Notes: generated from the letters alone by a model not told the origin. 64,000 nucleotides of DNA from an uncultured delta proteobacterium (GCA_963816395.1 CAWFKQ010000007.1:160001-224000); one strand, 5' to 3'; shown: positions 23,569 to 35,385, counted from the stretch's first letter. A program made the numbers and translations.

Positions 23569-25843
23569 TTTTCCTCTTCGCCGGGTCCTTTTCCCGCTCC
23601 TTGAAAGCCGGCTCAGGATAATCGATCCGGTGGTGGAAAATCCCCCCAAGTATCTGGTTGAAACTTTTGGCGATATTGTGCAGGTCTTTCAGAGTCAGCT
23701 CGCATTCATCAAGCTGCCCGTCGATAAAAATATTGTTGATGATTTTCTGCACCATCCCACGGATGCGGGCCGCCGTCGGATCAACAAGGGTGCGGCTGGC
23801 GGCCTCGACTGCATCGGCGAGCATGATCAGGGCCGCCTCCCGCGTCTGCGGTTTGGGTCCGGGATAGCGGTAGTCGCGCTCGTCAACCTGCTGAACGGCG
23901 TCTTCCTTGCTCTTGGCCTTGTCATAGAAGAACTTGATCAGGAAGGTCCCGTGGTGCTGACGGATAATATCGACCAGCGGCTCGCCCAACTTGTTCTCGC
24001 GGGCGATCTCCACGCCGTCCTTGACATGCGACATGAGGATCAGGGAACTCATCGAGGGTGCCAGCTTGTCATGCTTGTTCTCCTGGTTGCCCAGGTTTTC
24101 GATGAAATAGAGCGGCTTGCGGATTTTGCCTATGTCATGGTAGTAGGCCGCCACCCGGGCCAGCAGCGGATTGGCATGGATCGCCTCGGCCGCGGCTTCC
24201 ACCAGGTTGCCGACAATGATCGAGTGGTGATAAGTACCTGGAGCCTGAATCATCAACTCCCGCAGCACCGGCGTGTTGAGGTTCGCCAACTCCAGCAGCT
24301 TGATGTCGGTAGTGTACTTGAACAGGGTCTCTATCAGGGGAATGGTGCCGGTGACAATGACGGCGCAGAAAAACCCGCCGGCCAGACCAAAACCGCATTT
24401 CCACAACAACTGCACCTCGAAGCCGCGGCCGGCCATCAGGTGAATGCCGAGGACCAGCAGGACGTTGACCATCGACAGGCGCAGGCCGGCGCGGTAAAGG
24501 GAGGTGCGCTCCTTGCACTGGCGCACCCACTGGGCGCCGACCAGGCTTCCCACCAGGGCGTAAAAAGAAATGAACAGGCTGTTGCCAAACATGATCCCCA
24601 TCAGCAGGGAGAACAGGATGACAAAGACCAGGGCCACCTCGGAATTGAGGACTATGCGTACCAGCATGGCCCCGGCGGCGAAGGGGAAGACGTAATAGTA
24701 GCTGCTGGAGTCGATATAGGGGAAGGCGCTCTCCAGGGCACTGGAGACGAAAATGGCCACCTTGATCAGCACGAACTGGCCGATCAGGGTAGTCGCCAGA
24801 AAAACCAGATCGCGGGTTCTGGGCCGGTACTTGCGGATATTGAGCTGGGCGAAGCGGTGGCCAACAAAAAGCAGCAGCAGGGCGCTCAACAGCAGGCCCA
24901 GGGCGGTCCGCAGGGTGCTGTAATCGTTCCCTATCTCGCGCAGAGCCTTGAGCTTCTTGATCTGCTCCTCGGTGACCCGCTCTCCCTCGCGGACGATCAT
25001 TTCACCCTTCTTCACCTGAAACAGAACCGGCTTCACCGCCTCCCGTGCCTGCCGCTTGCGGGCCTCCGTCTCATTTTTGTTGAAGGTGAGGTTGGGCCGG
25101 AACAGCTTCTGAATGGTGGCGTAAAGGGTATGCCTTTCCTTGCTTGAGAGCCCTTCAATATTTTTCAGGCCGGTGTTGATTCGCTCCTGGGCCAGACCGG
25201 GACCAATGACGTTCTGGAGATCCTTGCCGGGCTCTTCCTTCTGGCTGTCCAGATTGCGGATGGTGATCCCCTTCTCCCGATCCGCCTGAAAGAGCTGCAG
25301 GTTTCCTACCACTTTGGGGCTCAGAGCCTGCGCCAGGGCCCGTCGCAAGCCGGCCAACATCTCGGGCGTCGCAGAAATTTCGTTGAGAGCCGAAAATTCC
25401 GGATCGGTGAGAGCCACCCCGAGCGCGCTTTCCACTTCTTTGTGCAGGCTCTCCTGCAGGGTGGGCTTGGCGCCGTCCGCCTGCAGGCGCCCGAGCGACT
25501 GGATCAGACGATCGGCAATGTCCTGAGCCGTGCCGGAGTCGTAGTCATACAGGGGCAGGATTGCATCCTCCGCTTCCACCCGCTTCTTTTCGGTCAGCGG
25601 CAGATCGGGAATCAGCAGGTCCTTGGGCGCTTTGATATCCCGCGAGGCGATATCGCCCGGCGCATAGTAATCGGGGATGAAGCCGCCCTTGGGAACAATG
25701 ATCACAGTCAAGGCCAGGGCCAGCAGCAGCAACAGCAAAGAACGCTGCCCCTCCTCCCCCAGAGCGAAGAATTTGCCGAAAGAGGGTGCCATCCAAGTCC
25801 CCCGCCCCGAGCGGGCATCCTGTTTCTGGTCGTTCTTACTCAT
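23465..25843 (-). CDS. pgpH: 7TM-HD (HDIG) phosphohydrolase, PgpH-like c-di-AMP phosphodiesterase
   Basis: Extracytoplasmic domain, multiple TMs, APGTYHHS, YYHDIGK, QHHGT, YPGPKPQ and ADAVEAA. Confidence 0.85.
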   Translation of the reverse strand: MSKNDQKQDARSGRGTWMAPSFGKFFALGEEGQRSLLLLLLALALTVIIVPKGGFIPDYYAPGDIASRDIKAPKDLLIPDLPLTEKKRVEAEDAILPLYDYDSGTAQDIADRLIQSLGRLQADGAKPTLQESLHKEVESALGVALTDPEFSALNEISATPEMLAGLRRALAQALSPKVVGNLQLFQADREKGITIRNLDSQKEEPGKDLQNVIGPGLAQERINTGLKNIEGLSSKERHTLYATIQKLFRPNLTFNKNETEARKRQAREAVKPVLFQVKKGEMIVREGERVTEEQIKKLKALREIGNDYSTLRTALGLLLSALLLLFVGHRFAQLNIRKYRPRTRDLVFLATTLIGQFVLIKVAIFVSSALESAFPYIDSSSYYYVFPFAAGAMLVRIVLNSEVALVFVILFSLLMGIMFGNSLFISFYALVGSLVGAQWVRQCKERTSLYRAGLRLSMVNVLLVLGIHLMAGRGFEVQLLWKCGFGLAGGFFCAVIVTGTIPLIETLFKYTTDIKLLELANLNTPVLRELMIQAPGTYHHSIIVGNLVEAAAEAIHANPLLARVAAYYHDIGKIRKPLYFIENLGNQENKHDKLAPSMSSLILMSHVKDGVEIARENKLGEPLVDIIRQHHGTFLIKFFYDKAKSKEDAVQQVDERDYRYPGPKPQTREAALIMLADAVEAASRTLVDPTAARIRGMVQKIINNIFIDGQLDECELTLKDLHNIAKSFNQILGGIFHHRIDYPEPAFKEREKDPAKRKNVEDLYREPAKTTKDPVAEPAKSGTEDLKRLGMS

Positions 25844-25851
25844 AATTCCAG

Positions 25852-26844
25852 CTATTCCGCTTCCGTCCGGCGAGGAGGTGAATTGTTCCGACCCCGTTCG
25901 TAGGCCTTGACGATCGACTGCACGATAGGGTGCCGTACCACATCGCGGTCGGAAAAGTAATTGAAGCTGATCCCCTCCACCCCCCGCAGGATATCGATCG
26001 CCTGGACCAGCCCGGAAAGCCGCCCGGAAGGCAGATCGATCTGTGTAACGTCGCCGGTAATTACGGCCCGGCTGCCGAAACCGAGTCGGGTAAGGAACAT
26101 CTTCATCTGTTCGGCAGTAGTATTCTGTGCCTCATCCAGGATGACGAAAGCATCGTTAAGCGTTCGCCCGCGCATAAAGGCAAGCGGTGCCACTTCGACC
26201 ACCCCCTTGTCCATCAGCGCCTGACCCTTTTCAAAATCCATCATGTCGAACAAAGCATCATAGAGGGGGCGCAGGTAAGGGTTGACTTTCTCGGCCAGGT
26301 CCCCGGGCAGAAAACCGAGCTTCTCTCCTGCCTCCACCGCGGGCCGCACCAGAACGATGCGGCTGACTTCCTTGCGGGTCAGGAAAGAGACAGCCATGGC
26401 CATGGCCAGGTAAGTCTTGCCGGTGCCGGCCGGACCGACGCCGAAAACCACGTCATTGACCCGGATGGCGTCGATATATTGCTTCTGCGCCAGACTCTTG
26501 GGGGAGATGATCTTTTTCCGGGCGGAGATGAAGATGGTGTCGAGGAAGATATCCCGGAGGCGGGCGGCAGAGTCGGCGCTCAGAATGCGGATGGCGTAAT
26601 CGATATCGGTCGGATAGAGCGGATACCCCTCTCGCAGAAGGCCATACAGCTCCTCGACCAGACGACGCGTCAGTTTAACCTGTACGGAGTCTCCTTCGAT
26701 GTTCAGTTCGGCTCCCTTGGAGCCGATCCTGACCCCCAGCGCCCGCTCTATCTGCTTCAGATTTCTATTTTGTTGACCGAACAGGAGGTTCGCCAAGTGC
26801 TGGTCATCAGCCGCAAACCTCTCGCGGACAGGATTCTTATCCAA
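25852..26844 (-). CDS. phoH: PhoH family ATPase
   Basis: GPAGTGKT, RPAVEAGEKLGFLPGD, MRGRT and DEAQN. Start codon uncertain (TTG at 26844 chosen). Confidence 0.95.
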   Translation of the reverse strand: MDKNPVRERFAADDQHLANLLFGQQNRNLKQIERALGVRIGSKGAELNIEGDSVQVKLTRRLVEELYGLLREGYPLYPTDIDYAIRILSADSAARLRDIFLDTIFISARKKIISPKSLAQKQYIDAIRVNDVVFGVGPAGTGKTYLAMAMAVSFLTRKEVSRIVLVRPAVEAGEKLGFLPGDLAEKVNPYLRPLYDALFDMMDFEKGQALMDKGVVEVAPLAFMRGRTLNDAFVILDEAQNTTAEQMKMFLTRLGFGSRAVITGDVTQIDLPSGRLSGLVQAIDILRGVEGISFNYFSDRDVVRHPIVQSIVKAYERGRNNSPPRRTEAE

Positions 26845-26993
26845 AAATTTTCCCGTGTCTACGCAAGTGTCGATCGTTAAAAATATCACCGCAAGGGGGC
26901 AAAATCAAGCGATTTTCTCATGATCAGTCGATGTCGCAGCCGGGGTGGAAGGCGCAAAAGGGGATTCCAATTTGCGGATATTGTGATATATAG

Positions 26994-28340
<1,347 letters not shown>

Positions 28341-28355
28341 TCACGGAGCCGCGCG

Positions 28356-28386
28356 AAAAAGGCCTGCGGAAATCCGCAGGCCTTTT
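28356..28386. terminator. Bidirectional intrinsic terminator after eno
   Basis: AAAAAGGCCTGCGGA-AA-TCCGCAGGCCTTTT. Confidence 0.85.
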
Positions 28387-28639
28387 CTCATTCCATCTCC
28401 AACCATCCGCCTTCACCGCCTCGGTTTCGGCCAGGATCTGCCAGGGCGGGATTCTTGTCTGTAGTGATAAATCGGCACCGCCGCTCGCATTGCGCCCGGC
28501 CCTACCCGCCTCAATCCCGGGCCGCAACGGCACCACCAGGTTCCGCCCGATCTCCCGATCGACCGCCTGCAGCCACCTTACTCCTCCGTAACCTGCAGCC
28601 ATCCCACCGATCACGGCCATCCATTTTTCCCAGCGCATC

Positions 28640-30580
28640 CTATTTTTCCCCTCCCCCAACCGCCGCCGGCGGCATCTGCCCCGATTCCGCAAGCGGACCT
28701 GGGGCCGCCGGTTCGGCAATTTCCGCCCCGGCCCCACGCAGGATTTCGTCCACCCGGCGCCGCTCCAGCACCTCCTCCTCCAGCAGGGCATTGGCCAGCG
28801 CCCGCAGCGGTTCATTGTTCTGCTGCAGGATTTCCTCCGCCTTTCTTTCCCCATTGCGAATGATCCGCTCGATCTCCTGGTCTATAATCCAGGCCATCTC
28901 CTCACTGTAGGTCTGGTCGGTAGCCAGCCGCCGTCCGAGAAAGGGGTGCTCTTCGCCGCGGCTGAAGGTGACCGGGCCGACCTTCTCGCTCATCCCCCAC
29001 TGGCAGACCATCTTTTCCGCCAGATCGGTGGCCTGTTTCAGGTCGTTCTGGGCCCCGGTGGAGAGCTGGCCGAACACTATCTTCTCCGAAACCCTCCCGC
29101 CCAAAGCGATGGCGATCCGCGACAGCAGGTAGTCCATCTGGTAGTGATAGCGGTCATCTTCCGGTAACTGCTGAGTCACCCCCAGCGCATGGCCGCGAGG
29201 GATGATGGTGACCTTGTGAATCGGGTCGGCGCCCGGAGTCATCTTCGCCACCAGGGTATGACCGGCCTCATGGTAGGCGGTAATCCTCTTCTCCTCCTCG
29301 GAGAGGAAGAGTTTGCGCTCGGCTCCCATCAGGATGCGGTCCTTGGCCCGCTCCAGGTGGTCCATGGTGATCTTTTCCCTGTTTTCCCTGGCAGCGATCA
29401 GGGCCGCCTCGTTGATCAGGCTTTCCAGGTCGGCGCCGCACATCCCCGGCGTGCCGCGGGCGATAACCCGCAGATCGACATCTTCGGTCAGTGGGGATTT
29501 GCGGGTGTGCACCTTGAGGATTTCCTCCCGGGCTCGCCAGTCCGGACGCTCCACCACCACCTGGCGGTCGAAACGTCCGGGACGCAGCAGGGCCGGATCG
29601 AGAACGTCGGGGCGGTTGGTGGCCGCCATGACGATCACTTCCTGGTGCGGTTCGAAACCGTCCAGTTCGGAGAGGAGCTGATTCAAGGTCTGCTCTCGCT
29701 CGTCATTGCCGCCGCCGAGGCCGGTGCCGCGGGAGCGGCCGACAGCGTCGAGTTCATCGATAAATATGATGCTGGGGGCATTCTTCTTGGCATTGCTGAA
29801 CAGGTCGCGCACCCGGCTGGCCCCGACCCCCACGAACATCTCGATGAATTGGGAAGCGGAGATGGAAAAGAAAGGAACCCCTGCCTCCCCGGCCACCGCC
29901 CGGGCCATCAGGGTCTTGCCGGTTCCAGGAGGGCCGACCAGCAGCACCCCGCGCGGCACCTTGCCGCCCAGGCGGGCGAATTTCTTCGGATGGCGCAGGA
30001 ACTCCACAATCTCCATCAACTCCTGCTTAGCCTCCTCCAGACCGGCGACATCGTCGAAAGTCACCTGGGAGTTCTCTTTGCTGTAAAGGCGGGCTCCCGA
30101 TTTGGCAAAATTTCCCATAATGCCCCCGCCGGGACCGCCACGTTTGCGCATTCCACGCAGGATTACCCACCATACGCCGATGATCAGCAACCAGGGGAGC
30201 AGGTAGATCAGGGCGGTGCTCCAAGCCGAGGGTTCCTGCTCCGGCTTGACATTGATCTCGACGCCCTTTTTTTCCAGTTCCTGCATCAGGCCCGGGTCGC
30301 TGATCGGCGGCAGGTTGGTGCGAAAATCCTCGACATGCTGCGCTGGCTTCTGCTGCTGGCCGCCCTTGCCCTCGATGGCCTGCTTGAATTTTCCCTCGAT
30401 AGTAGATTTATGAATGGTGATCTCGCGGATATTCCCCTGGTTCAGCTCCTCTTTGAAGCGGCTGTAGCTGATGTGGGTGAAAGTCTCCTGACGATCGGGT
30501 GCGGAAGCTACATAGAAGTAGTTGAAGGCAAGGACCAGCAGGAGGATGAAGATGATTTGCTTCCAGGCATTTTTCGACAT
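28640..30580 (-). CDS. ftsH: ATP-dependent zinc metalloprotease FtsH (likely a paralog)
   Basis: Two TMs, [23 protein letters not shown] and HEAGH. Confidence 0.95.
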   Translation of the reverse strand: MSKNAWKQIIFILLLVLAFNYFYVASAPDRQETFTHISYSRFKEELNQGNIREITIHKSTIEGKFKQAIEGKGGQQQKPAQHVEDFRTNLPPISDPGLMQELEKKGVEINVKPEQEPSAWSTALIYLLPWLLIIGVWWVILRGMRKRGGPGGGIMGNFAKSGARLYSKENSQVTFDDVAGLEEAKQELMEIVEFLRHPKKFARLGGKVPRGVLLVGPPGTGKTLMARAVAGEAGVPFFSISASQFIEMFVGVGASRVRDLFSNAKKNAPSIIFIDELDAVGRSRGTGLGGGNDEREQTLNQLLSELDGFEPHQEVIVMAATNRPDVLDPALLRPGRFDRQVVVERPDWRAREEILKVHTRKSPLTEDVDLRVIARGTPGMCGADLESLINEAALIAARENREKITMDHLERAKDRILMGAERKLFLSEEEKRITAYHEAGHTLVAKMTPGADPIHKVTIIPRGHALGVTQQLPEDDRYHYQMDYLLSRIAIALGGRVSEKIVFGQLSTGAQNDLKQATDLAEKMVCQWGMSEKVGPVTFSRGEEHPFLGRRLATDQTYSEEMAWIIDQEIERIIRNGERKAEEILQQNNEPLRALANALLEEEVLERRRVDEILRGAGAEIAEPAAPGPLAESGQMPPAAVGGGEK

Positions 30581-30654
30581 GCGCTTCCTCGGAAATCGGG
30601 CTCCCTTCAGCTTAACAGGCGATGCCGACCGGTCAAGACCGTCCACCCTCGAAG

Positions 30655-30680
30655 AAAAAACGGCGGGTTTAGCCCGCCGT
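30655..30680 (-). terminator. Intrinsic terminator downstream of the zinc-ribbon gene
   Basis: Minus strand ACGGCGGG-CTAAA-CCCGCCG-TTTTTT. Confidence 0.8.
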
Positions 30681-30697
30681 CATTTTGCCGCCTGCCG

Positions 30698-31003
30698 TTA
30701 TTCTTCGGCATTTTCATTCTTGAACCATTTATCGAACCAGGTGCGGTGATCCTTCTCCGCCAGCGCCTGCAGGTCCCTGGGGCCGAGCCAGACCCCTGCG
30801 CAGACCGGACACTTGTCGAGAGGGACGCCGCGGAAGGTCAAGGGTTGCAGGATCTCGCCGCACTTGGGACAGCGATTATGGCTGACCTCGCGGATCAGCT
30901 GCTCGCGGGCGGCGGACTTCAGTTTGGCGATCTGTTCCTTCTCCTTACGGTAGATATACTCGTTCTCCAGCGCCTTTTTTCGCTCCTCCCAAATATCAGT
31001 CAT
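30698..31003 (-). CDS. Small protein with a charged N-terminal helix and a zf-TFIIB-type zinc ribbon
   Basis: MTDIWEERKKALENEYIYRKEKEQIAKLK...CPKCG...DKCPVCAGVWL; RBS GGAG upstream. Confidence 0.85.
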   Translation of the reverse strand: MTDIWEERKKALENEYIYRKEKEQIAKLKSAAREQLIREVSHNRCPKCGEILQPLTFRGVPLDKCPVCAGVWLGPRDLQALAEKDHRTWFDKWFKNENAEE

Positions 31004-31084
31004 GATCTCCACTCCCCGGAAATTACTGATTTTTAAACATTATAATGGAAAAAAGGAGCTCCGGCAAGGTCCCCCCTGCTATCG

Positions 31085-32014
31085 CTATTTCGCTGTCAGG
31101 ACATAATGTCCGGCGGCAAAGGCAGCGCCTTTGCCGAGATTCAGCAGGGAACCCAGTCCAAGGATCCAACGCAGGTCATCCAGGGCTTCGCCTCCGAGGC
31201 GCAGATGGCCGGTAAGTCCTCCGAGTTCCTGGCGTTTATTTTCCCCTTCCAGCACGCGCCAGTCTCGCCAGGCCAGGCGGTTTTCCACTTCGATGACCTC
31301 GGCAGCGCGGCCGATCAGTACCCGGGGATTATCAACCGGCTCCAGGCCGCAGTGGGCATGCAGCATGGAGGTCACGCGGCGCAGGATGAAAGGAAAAAGG
31401 CGGTTGAAACTGGCGCGGAAAAGCGGCCGGCCCTCAGTGATCAACCGGGCTGGGGTGAGAAATTCTAGGCACAGGGGACCGGCCGGGACAGCGGCTTCCA
31501 GCCACCAGCCGGCTTCGCTGGCCGGCGGCGCCAGCCGCTCGGGATTTTCACCCGCCCGCCATATTTGCCCGAGAGTACCCGCAGCATCCTCCCCCTCGAC
31601 CGTCAGAAGCTCGAAACGCCCTTCTCCCCGGTGAATCCCCACCGGTCCGAACTCCTCCAGCACCCGGATGAAATCGGCCAGAAACTGGCGCCCCTCCCCC
31701 CAGAAGATGACCTGTAGAGGAAAGATGTCCCCCGGCTCCAGCTGCCGGGGAATTTTCGCCGGGGGAAGAATGACAAAGGGTGGACCGGGGCGCTGGAAAC
31801 GGCGGCGGGCCACCGGGTCGGCGGCGAGTGGCGGGTCGAAAAGCCGGGTAAATCTCTCTCCTCTGCCGAGGACCTGCCGCCCCGACTGGCGCAGATCGCG
31901 GCGCAGCCGCATCAGGACCTCCTCCCCGCTCGGAGCAGATTCCTGGAACTCGAGAAGGAAGCGCAGACGGGAAAATTCCGCCGATTGCAGGATGGAAGGT
32001 ACGGGAGTAAGCAT
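31085..32014 (-). CDS. cas6: Stand-alone Cas6-like RAMP protein
   Basis: PPFV, LEFLTPARL, LGGLTG and a C-terminal G-loop LNLGKGAAFAAGHY. Confidence 0.75.
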   Translation of the reverse strand: MLTPVPSILQSAEFSRLRFLLEFQESAPSGEEVLMRLRRDLRQSGRQVLGRGERFTRLFDPPLAADPVARRRFQRPGPPFVILPPAKIPRQLEPGDIFPLQVIFWGEGRQFLADFIRVLEEFGPVGIHRGEGRFELLTVEGEDAAGTLGQIWRAGENPERLAPPASEAGWWLEAAVPAGPLCLEFLTPARLITEGRPLFRASFNRLFPFILRRVTSMLHAHCGLEPVDNPRVLIGRAAEVIEVENRLAWRDWRVLEGENKRQELGGLTGHLRLGGEALDDLRWILGLGSLLNLGKGAAFAAGHYVLTAK

Positions 32015-32233
32015 CGTTGCATTATAATTGGACGAAGCCCGCGCCGCCAGCCTGATGACCAGCACCGTTGAAGATTCAACCAGTAAGCGGCCAAGTTCGC
32101 CGGCTGGCGGGGCGGCTGGCAACGGCCGTCCGGTTCAGCCTGACTCTCCAGCGGGAGGAAGGCATCGGTTGCGTTCCGCCAAGGTCTCTGCTAAAGTCCG
32201 CGGCCAGATGTCATCTTTCTTAGGGGAAGGCCC

Positions 32234-33349
32234 ATGTTCCGGTTCGAACTGCTCGCCACCGATCGCACCACTGCCGCCCGCCGCGGCCGCCTGAGCACTC
32301 CGCACGGGGTTATCGAGACCCCCATTTTCATGCCGGTGGGGACGCATGCGGCGCTGAAGGCGATGACCCCGGCGCAGGTGGCCGAAACCGGGGCACAGAT
32401 TGTCCTTGCCAACACCTACCACCTGCACCTCAAACCGGGGGAAGGTCTGGTGGAGAAAGCGGGGGGGCTGCATGCTTTCATGAACTGGCCGAAACCGATT
32501 CTCACCGACAGCGGCGGCTTTCAGGTATTTTCCCTGCCCAACAAGAAAATCACCGACGCAGGCGTTCATTTCCGCCATGAGGTGACCCGGGAAGAGATCT
32601 TCCTCGGCCCCAAGGAGGCGACGCGTATTCAGAACGCCCTCGGGGCGGATATCATCATGGCTTTTGACGAGTGCATTCCCTACCCGGCCAGCCATGATTA
32701 TGCAGCCAAATCGATCCGCAAGACGATTCTCTGGGCCGAGGAGTGCCGGAAACACCACGCCCGCTCCGACCAGGCACTGTTCGGCATCGTCCAGGGGAGT
32801 GTCTACCCGGACCTGCGCCGGGAGTGCGCACGACAGCTCGGCGATCTCGACTTTCCCGGCTACGCGGTCGGCGGGGTGAGTGTCGGTGAGGGACTGGAGC
32901 TGCTGAAGCAAGTCGTCGAATACACCGCCCCTTTCCTGCCAGACGACAAACCGCGCTATCTGATGGGAGTCGGTCTGCCCCAGGACATTCTGGAGAGCGT
33001 CGAGCGCGGCATGGACATGTTCGACTGCGTCATCCCGACCCGCTACGCCCGCAGCGCCACCCTCTTCACCCGCCGCGGCAAGATCCGCCTTACCCACCGG
33101 CGCTATCGGCGGGACTTCTATCCCGTCGATCCCTCCTGCGACTGCTACTGCTGCCGCAATTTTACCCGTGCCTACCTTCATCACCTGTACAGCGCCAACG
33201 AGATCCTCTCCGCCATTCTGGCGGCGACCCACAATGTTCGCTTCTACCTGAAAATGATGGAAGAGGTGCGGCAGGCAATAGAAACCGGTGACTTCGCGGC
33301 ATACAAGGCGGACTTCCTGGGTAATTACGGCCCCGGCGGCGAGGAGTGA
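32234..33349 (+). CDS. tgt: tRNA-guanine transglycosylase
   Basis: TPIFMPVGT, NTYHL, TDSGGFQ, MAFDEC, DMFDCV and the zinc site CDCYCC...H. Confidence 0.95.
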   Translation: MFRFELLATDRTTAARRGRLSTPHGVIETPIFMPVGTHAALKAMTPAQVAETGAQIVLANTYHLHLKPGEGLVEKAGGLHAFMNWPKPILTDSGGFQVFSLPNKKITDAGVHFRHEVTREEIFLGPKEATRIQNALGADIIMAFDECIPYPASHDYAAKSIRKTILWAEECRKHHARSDQALFGIVQGSVYPDLRRECARQLGDLDFPGYAVGGVSVGEGLELLKQVVEYTAPFLPDDKPRYLMGVGLPQDILESVERGMDMFDCVIPTRYARSATLFTRRGKIRLTHRRYRRDFYPVDPSCDCYCCRNFTRAYLHHLYSANEILSAILAATHNVRFYLKMMEEVRQAIETGDFAAYKADFLGNYGPGGEE

Positions 33350-33367
33350 ACACGGCCGGACGAGGGA

Positions 33368-34153
33368 ATGGCCATGGAGGCGACGTTCGATCGCGACCTG
33401 GTAACGCGGCTGCAGAAGGCGCTGACCGCCGGTTCCGAGGATCTCCTCCGGATCCTGCACGACCCGGCGCCGGAAGTTCTGCGTTCCGCCTTGAAGAACC
33501 GGCAACTGAACGAGGAGCATCTGCTCGTCCTGCTCCGGCGGCGCGACCTTCCGGAAGACCTGCTCAAGGCCATCAGCCAGCGACCGGAAACTGAGCGCAG
33601 TCACCGCCTGCAGCTGGCCCTGGCCAGGAATCCCTGCACCCCCGGACCGATCGTCCTCTCCATCCTCCCTCGCCTCTTTCTCTTCGAGCTCCTCTCCCTC
33701 TGTCTGCTACCCGGCGGCAGTCCCGACCAGAAGTTGGCCGCCGAGCGCGAGATTCTCAAACGCCTGCCGACCACGCCGCTGGGAAACCGGATCACCCTGG
33801 CCAGGCGCGGCACCGCCACCCTGGTCGGGGAGATTCTTCGGGAAGGCGATCCACAGCTCGTCCCCATCTGCCTCGACAGCCCGCGCCTGTCTGAACTGGC
33901 CATCGTGCGATTTCTCAACGGCCCGAAAGCAATGGCCGAGACGATCTCCATGATCGCCCGCCATCCGAAATGGAAGGGACGGAGCAACCTTCGGCTGGCC
34001 GTGCTCAAAAGCCCCCGCACCCCGTCAATCTGGTTCACCCTTTTTCTGCCGCAGCTGCGGACCCTCGACCTCAACGTCCTCCTTGCCTCCCGGCGCCTTG
34101 CTCCCGGACACAAAAAATTGGTGGAGGAGGAGCTGCGGAAGCGCGGCGGATGA
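33368..34153 (+). CDS. Conserved hypothetical leucine-rich helical-repeat protein
   Basis: 261-aa ORF with host-like codon usage and repeated LARNP/LKNR/LKSP-type motifs; cotranscribed position after tgt. Confidence 0.7.
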   Translation: MAMEATFDRDLVTRLQKALTAGSEDLLRILHDPAPEVLRSALKNRQLNEEHLLVLLRRRDLPEDLLKAISQRPETERSHRLQLALARNPCTPGPIVLSILPRLFLFELLSLCLLPGGSPDQKLAAEREILKRLPTTPLGNRITLARRGTATLVGEILREGDPQLVPICLDSPRLSELAIVRFLNGPKAMAETISMIARHPKWKGRSNLRLAVLKSPRTPSIWFTLFLPQLRTLDLNVLLASRRLAPGHKKLVEEELRKRGG

Positions 34154-34374
34154 TTTGGGCAGGAAAGACCGTCCGATTCGTCTCCTCCCCGTGGACTTAT
34201 TCGAACTTTCTCGCCCTTACGCAGGCAAAAGGCTGATCTTCGGGGTGCGCATGGCCCAGAGGTCAGGTATGATTTCTGCGGGAATAGTCAATCTTCATTT
34301 CCCAACAACTCCCCCTCTGGTACAGATTCGTAGCGATATCCTCTTTCCGACTTTCTCAACACTGGAGGCCTTCC

Positions 34375-35367
34375 ATGCCAAAAATCGTTCGCTTTCATGA
34401 AACGGGTGACGCCAACGTCCTCAAGCTCGAAGACCTGCCGCTGACCGAGCCCGGCGAAGGTGAGGTGCGCTTGAAGGTGGAGGCCATTGGCCTCAACCGC
34501 GCCGAGGTCATGTTCCGCCAGGGCCAGTATCTGCAAAGCCCGGAACCTCCATCACGGATCGGCTATGAAGCGGCCGGTATCGTCGATGCCGTAGGGCCCG
34601 GAGTCAGCGGCATCCGGATCGGCGATCGGGTCAGCACCATCCCCAGCTTTTCCATGGGCCGATATGGCGTCTACGGAGAAAGCGCCATCGTTCCGGCCTC
34701 TGCCGTGGCTCGCTACCCCGATAATCTCTCGCCCATCGAAGGGACGGCTATCTGGATGCAGTACCTCACCGCCTTCGGGGCCTTGGTGGAATACGGACGC
34801 ATAAAAAGGAGCGACACGGTTCTGATCACGGCGGCCAGCAGCAGCGTCGGCCTGGCCGCGATCCAGATCACCAGGGCCGCTGGAGCCTTGGCCCTCGCCA
34901 CCACCCGGGGTATGGACAAGAAGCCATTTCTCCTCGATGCCGGGGCGGAGCAGGTCATCGTCACCGACGAAGAAGACTTGGCGGAACGGGTCATGGCTAT
35001 AACCTCCGGCAACGGCGCCCGCGTCGCCTTCGATCCCGTTGCCGGGCCTCTCCTTGAGAAGCTCGCCGAAGCCGCCGCTCCCGGTGGAATCATCTTCGAG
35101 TACGGCGCGCTATCGCCGAAGCCCACAGCCTTTCCCCTGTTTACCGCGCTTGGGAAAGGCCTGACCGTGCGCGGCTATACCCTGTTCGAAATTGTCCGGG
35201 ACCCTGAGAAGCTCGCCCGCGGCAAACAGTATGTCTATGACGGCCTTAAATCAGGTGTCCTGAAGCCCCTCATCGACCGGACCTTCCCATTAGATGCCAT
35301 TGCTGACGCCCACCGGTACATGGAGTCCAACCGGCAGAAGGGCAAGATCGTGGTCACAGTCCCATAA
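34375..35367 (+). CDS. MDR-family (quinone oxidoreductase-like) dehydrogenase
   Basis: AIGLNRAE, GYEAAG, TAASSSVG and GKIVV; RBS GGAGG. Confidence 0.9.
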   Translation: MPKIVRFHETGDANVLKLEDLPLTEPGEGEVRLKVEAIGLNRAEVMFRQGQYLQSPEPPSRIGYEAAGIVDAVGPGVSGIRIGDRVSTIPSFSMGRYGVYGESAIVPASAVARYPDNLSPIEGTAIWMQYLTAFGALVEYGRIKRSDTVLITAASSSVGLAAIQITRAAGALALATTRGMDKKPFLLDAGAEQVIVTDEEDLAERVMAITSGNGARVAFDPVAGPLLEKLAEAAAPGGIIFEYGALSPKPTAFPLFTALGKGLTVRGYTLFEIVRDPEKLARGKQYVYDGLKSGVLKPLIDRTFPLDAIADAHRYMESNRQKGKIVVTVP

Positions 35368-35385
35368 CTGATGTTCTCAGACGCG

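Noticed and set aside
31004..32233. CRISPR array or mini-array beside cas6, including the palindrome GTTGAAGATTCAAC near 32068
   Set aside because: No repeated 25-40 bp unit with spacers on either side; the palindrome occurs once.
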